Assembly: GCF_018350175.1 (NCBI RefSeq)
Contig: NC_058373.1
Coordinates: 106,580,001 to 106,644,000 of the forward strand
Source of the DNA: Felis catus
Taxonomy: Eukaryota
DNA: 64,000 nucleotides
Direction of reading: 5' to 3'
Positions 1 to 64,000 of the stretch are shown here, piece by piece. Under the pieces are notes generated by a model. That model did no database searches. It was not told where the DNA came from and worked only from the letters and a program-made list of their open reading frames with translations. The stretch's first letter is position 1; each line of letters begins with the position of its first letter. Position numbers and translations under genes: made by a program.

Positions 1-271
1 CGAGGTAAAGTTGTAGATGAGAGATGACTGTGTTCGTCAAGTATGGAAGAAAAATACTTGTTTTATTTGAACCCAGGAGGTAGAATAACAGTGGAGTGGA
101 GTTATGGACAGACAGAATTAAATTCAAAATAAAAAAAGAACTTTCTAACAGAAAGTTTTAGAGATGGAGTGGACAGTCTTGGGGCCCAGACAGATACTTG
201 GTATGACACTGTGTGAAAATTTCAGGCCACATGTGGGTGGTTTCACTTCAGTAGCTTTAAGATCCCTTTCA

Positions 272-493
272 GGGGCGTCTGGGTGCTCAGTTGGTTGAAC
301 ATCTGACTTCGGCTCAAGTCATGATCTCACAGTCTGTGAGTTCGAGTCCCACCTCGGGCTCTGTGCTGACAGCTCAGAGCCTGAAGCCTGCTTCGTATTC
401 TGTGTCTCCCTCTCTCTCTGCCCCTCCCCTGCTCATGTTCTGTCTCTCTCTGTCTCAAAAATAAATAAAAACATTAAAAAAAATTTTTTTTTA
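272..493 (+). mobile_element. CAN-SINE (SINEC)
   Basis: tRNA-like head, (CT)n, A tail; TSD aaga.ccctttca. Confidence 0.93.
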
Positions 494-594
494 AAGAGCC
501 CTTTCAACTTGGAATGACATGACTCTAGAATTTATTTATTTCAACTTTTCACTTTCCTTAACAGATATATTATGACCTTTATTTTTAATGGAAG

Positions 595-62580
<61,986 letters not shown>

Positions 62581-62609
62581 TAACTAATATAAAAGCTTAA
62601 TTTCAATTG

Positions 62610-62831
62610 ATTTTTAAATTCTTTTTAACATTTATTTATTATTGGGAGACAGAGAGACACAGAGCATGAGCAGGGCAGGGGTAGACAGAGGGGGAGACAT
62701 AGAATCTGAAGTAGGCTCCAGGCTCTGAGCTGTCAGCACAGAGCCCGACGTGGGGCTCGAACTCACAAACTGAAAGATCATGACCTGAGCCGAAGTCAGT
62801 CGCTTAACCAACTGAGCCACCCAGTCGCCCC
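62610..62831 (-). mobile_element. CAN-SINE
   Basis: TSD aatttca.ttgattttt. Confidence 0.9.
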
Positions 62832-63169
62832 AATTTCACTTGATTTTTAATCAGCTTTGGTCCATGTGTCTTAAAGAGGGCACAGATAGGTAAGGAGCAG
62901 AAAACTGTAAGAGCCAAATCAAAATTAAACAGGGACGTCAAGTCATGAGTGGTAATGTCATGGGGACTAGGCCTTAATGGCAGTCACCATAGAGCTGGAG
63001 ATTTAGGATAAGTGTATGCTACAAGACCAAAGGGTAGAGTTTGATAATGTATCAAAAGAAGCAAGCAAACTTTAGAGCACAGAACCAGAGATCAAGCCAA
63101 AATTTTGGGTGACAAGGTAAAAGAAATAAAGAATTCTGGCATGACACTAGGGGAACTGGTCACAATTCA

Positions 63170-63610
63170 GCCAGGGATAGAGCACCAACAGCTTCTTTTT
63201 GTTGCACAGAGCATCCTTATGCCTCTTGCCAAAGACTGAACCTGGGTTAAGAGAAGCTGACCCTCGAAAAGGGAAGAAATCAATGGCATTATTTTATTAC
63301 AGGATATATACAGACATTTAGCTGTGATGCATGCCCAGTGACAGCTCTGCCTGACCCCACGGCGAGTTTTGGAATTAGAATGGCCCTTTAAATTTGTCCC
63401 AAGTTGGGCTGAGATGGCCAGGTCTTTATATCCTTCCATCATTGGATTTGGGCCAAACTGGGAAGGAGCATGCCCTTGCGCAAGGCAGCTCTCTGCAGCT
63501 GAGGCTGTCCCTGAAGGAGCTGACAGCCGAAATCTTTCTGCCCACAGCACTCCCAGCAGCTGGGACAAGTTTTTCACTGCAGGGGAATCTGACACAGCAC
63601 AGTGTCCATA
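63170..63610. mobile_element. Ancient ERVL-class solo LTR fragment
   Basis: GC-richer stretch with ggcagctctctgcagctgaggc...gctgacagc...cagcactcccagcagctggg motif recalled from ERVL-class LTRs; subfamily not assigned. Confidence 0.55.
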
Positions 63611-63699
63611 AGACCATATAAGTCCCTCTTGGGGTTATAATCTTGTCAAATTTTACCCTTTTGTAAGTTTCACAATGTCTTTAGTTCCTGAAGGAATTC

Positions 63700-63883
63700 T
63701 TTTTTTTTTTTTAAGTTTATTTATTTTGAGAGAGAAAAAGCGAGCAGGGGAGGGTCAGAAAGGCAGAGAGACAGAGAATCTCAAGCAGTGCAGAGCCCAA
63801 TGTGGGGCTCAAACTCAGGAACCATGAGATCACGACCTGAGCCAAAGTCAGACACTTAACTGACTGAACCACCTAGTTGCCCC
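63700..63883 (-). mobile_element. CAN-SINE
   Basis: TSD cctgaaggaattc. Confidence 0.88.
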
Positions 63884-64000
63884 TGAGCCCCTGAAGGAAT
63901 TCCTTTGCTGTTACTTACCACATTTGAATGATTTCATTAGCCTTTTTTAACATTGAGTTTATTGATACCGAGTCAGAAGTAACATAAAATGTGAATTATT

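Noticed and set aside
1..564. LRRC9 promoter or CpG island
   Set aside because: No CpG island is present and the ATG exon has a splice acceptor, so the promoter lies upstream of the window.
63167..63621. Overlapping ORFs on both strands (up to 142 aa)
   Set aside because: They lie in a GC-richer old LTR-like fragment with no splice or homology support.

Overview
AT-rich mammalian genomic DNA from a cat-family (Felidae) genome, judged by dozens of carnivore tRNA-derived SINEs (CAN-SINE, including at least 8 young SINEC_Fc-type copies) and feline-type L1. The window lies inside one + strand gene, LRRC9. I traced 19 consecutive coding exons (595..62562) with GT-AG boundaries and consistent phases, giving an uninterrupted 2661-nt / 887-aa N-terminal part of the protein; the gene continues past the window end. 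The protein has N-terminal LRRs, a charged helical region, a central segment with a PARP/ADP-ribosyltransferase-like motif pattern lacking the H-Y-E triad, and a second LRR block. Introns are filled with SINEs, L1, L2, MIR, hAT DNA transposons and microsatellites. The intron after coding exon 11 holds several atypical L1-mediated insertions: a TSD-flanked 37-nt 5' half of tRNA-Arg(TCT), a TSD-flanked 5' fragment of U6 snRNA, a twin-primed L1 with an inverted duplication, and a possible isolated L1 5' end. Repeat family names come from recalled consensus sequences, and boundaries of old repeats are approximate.
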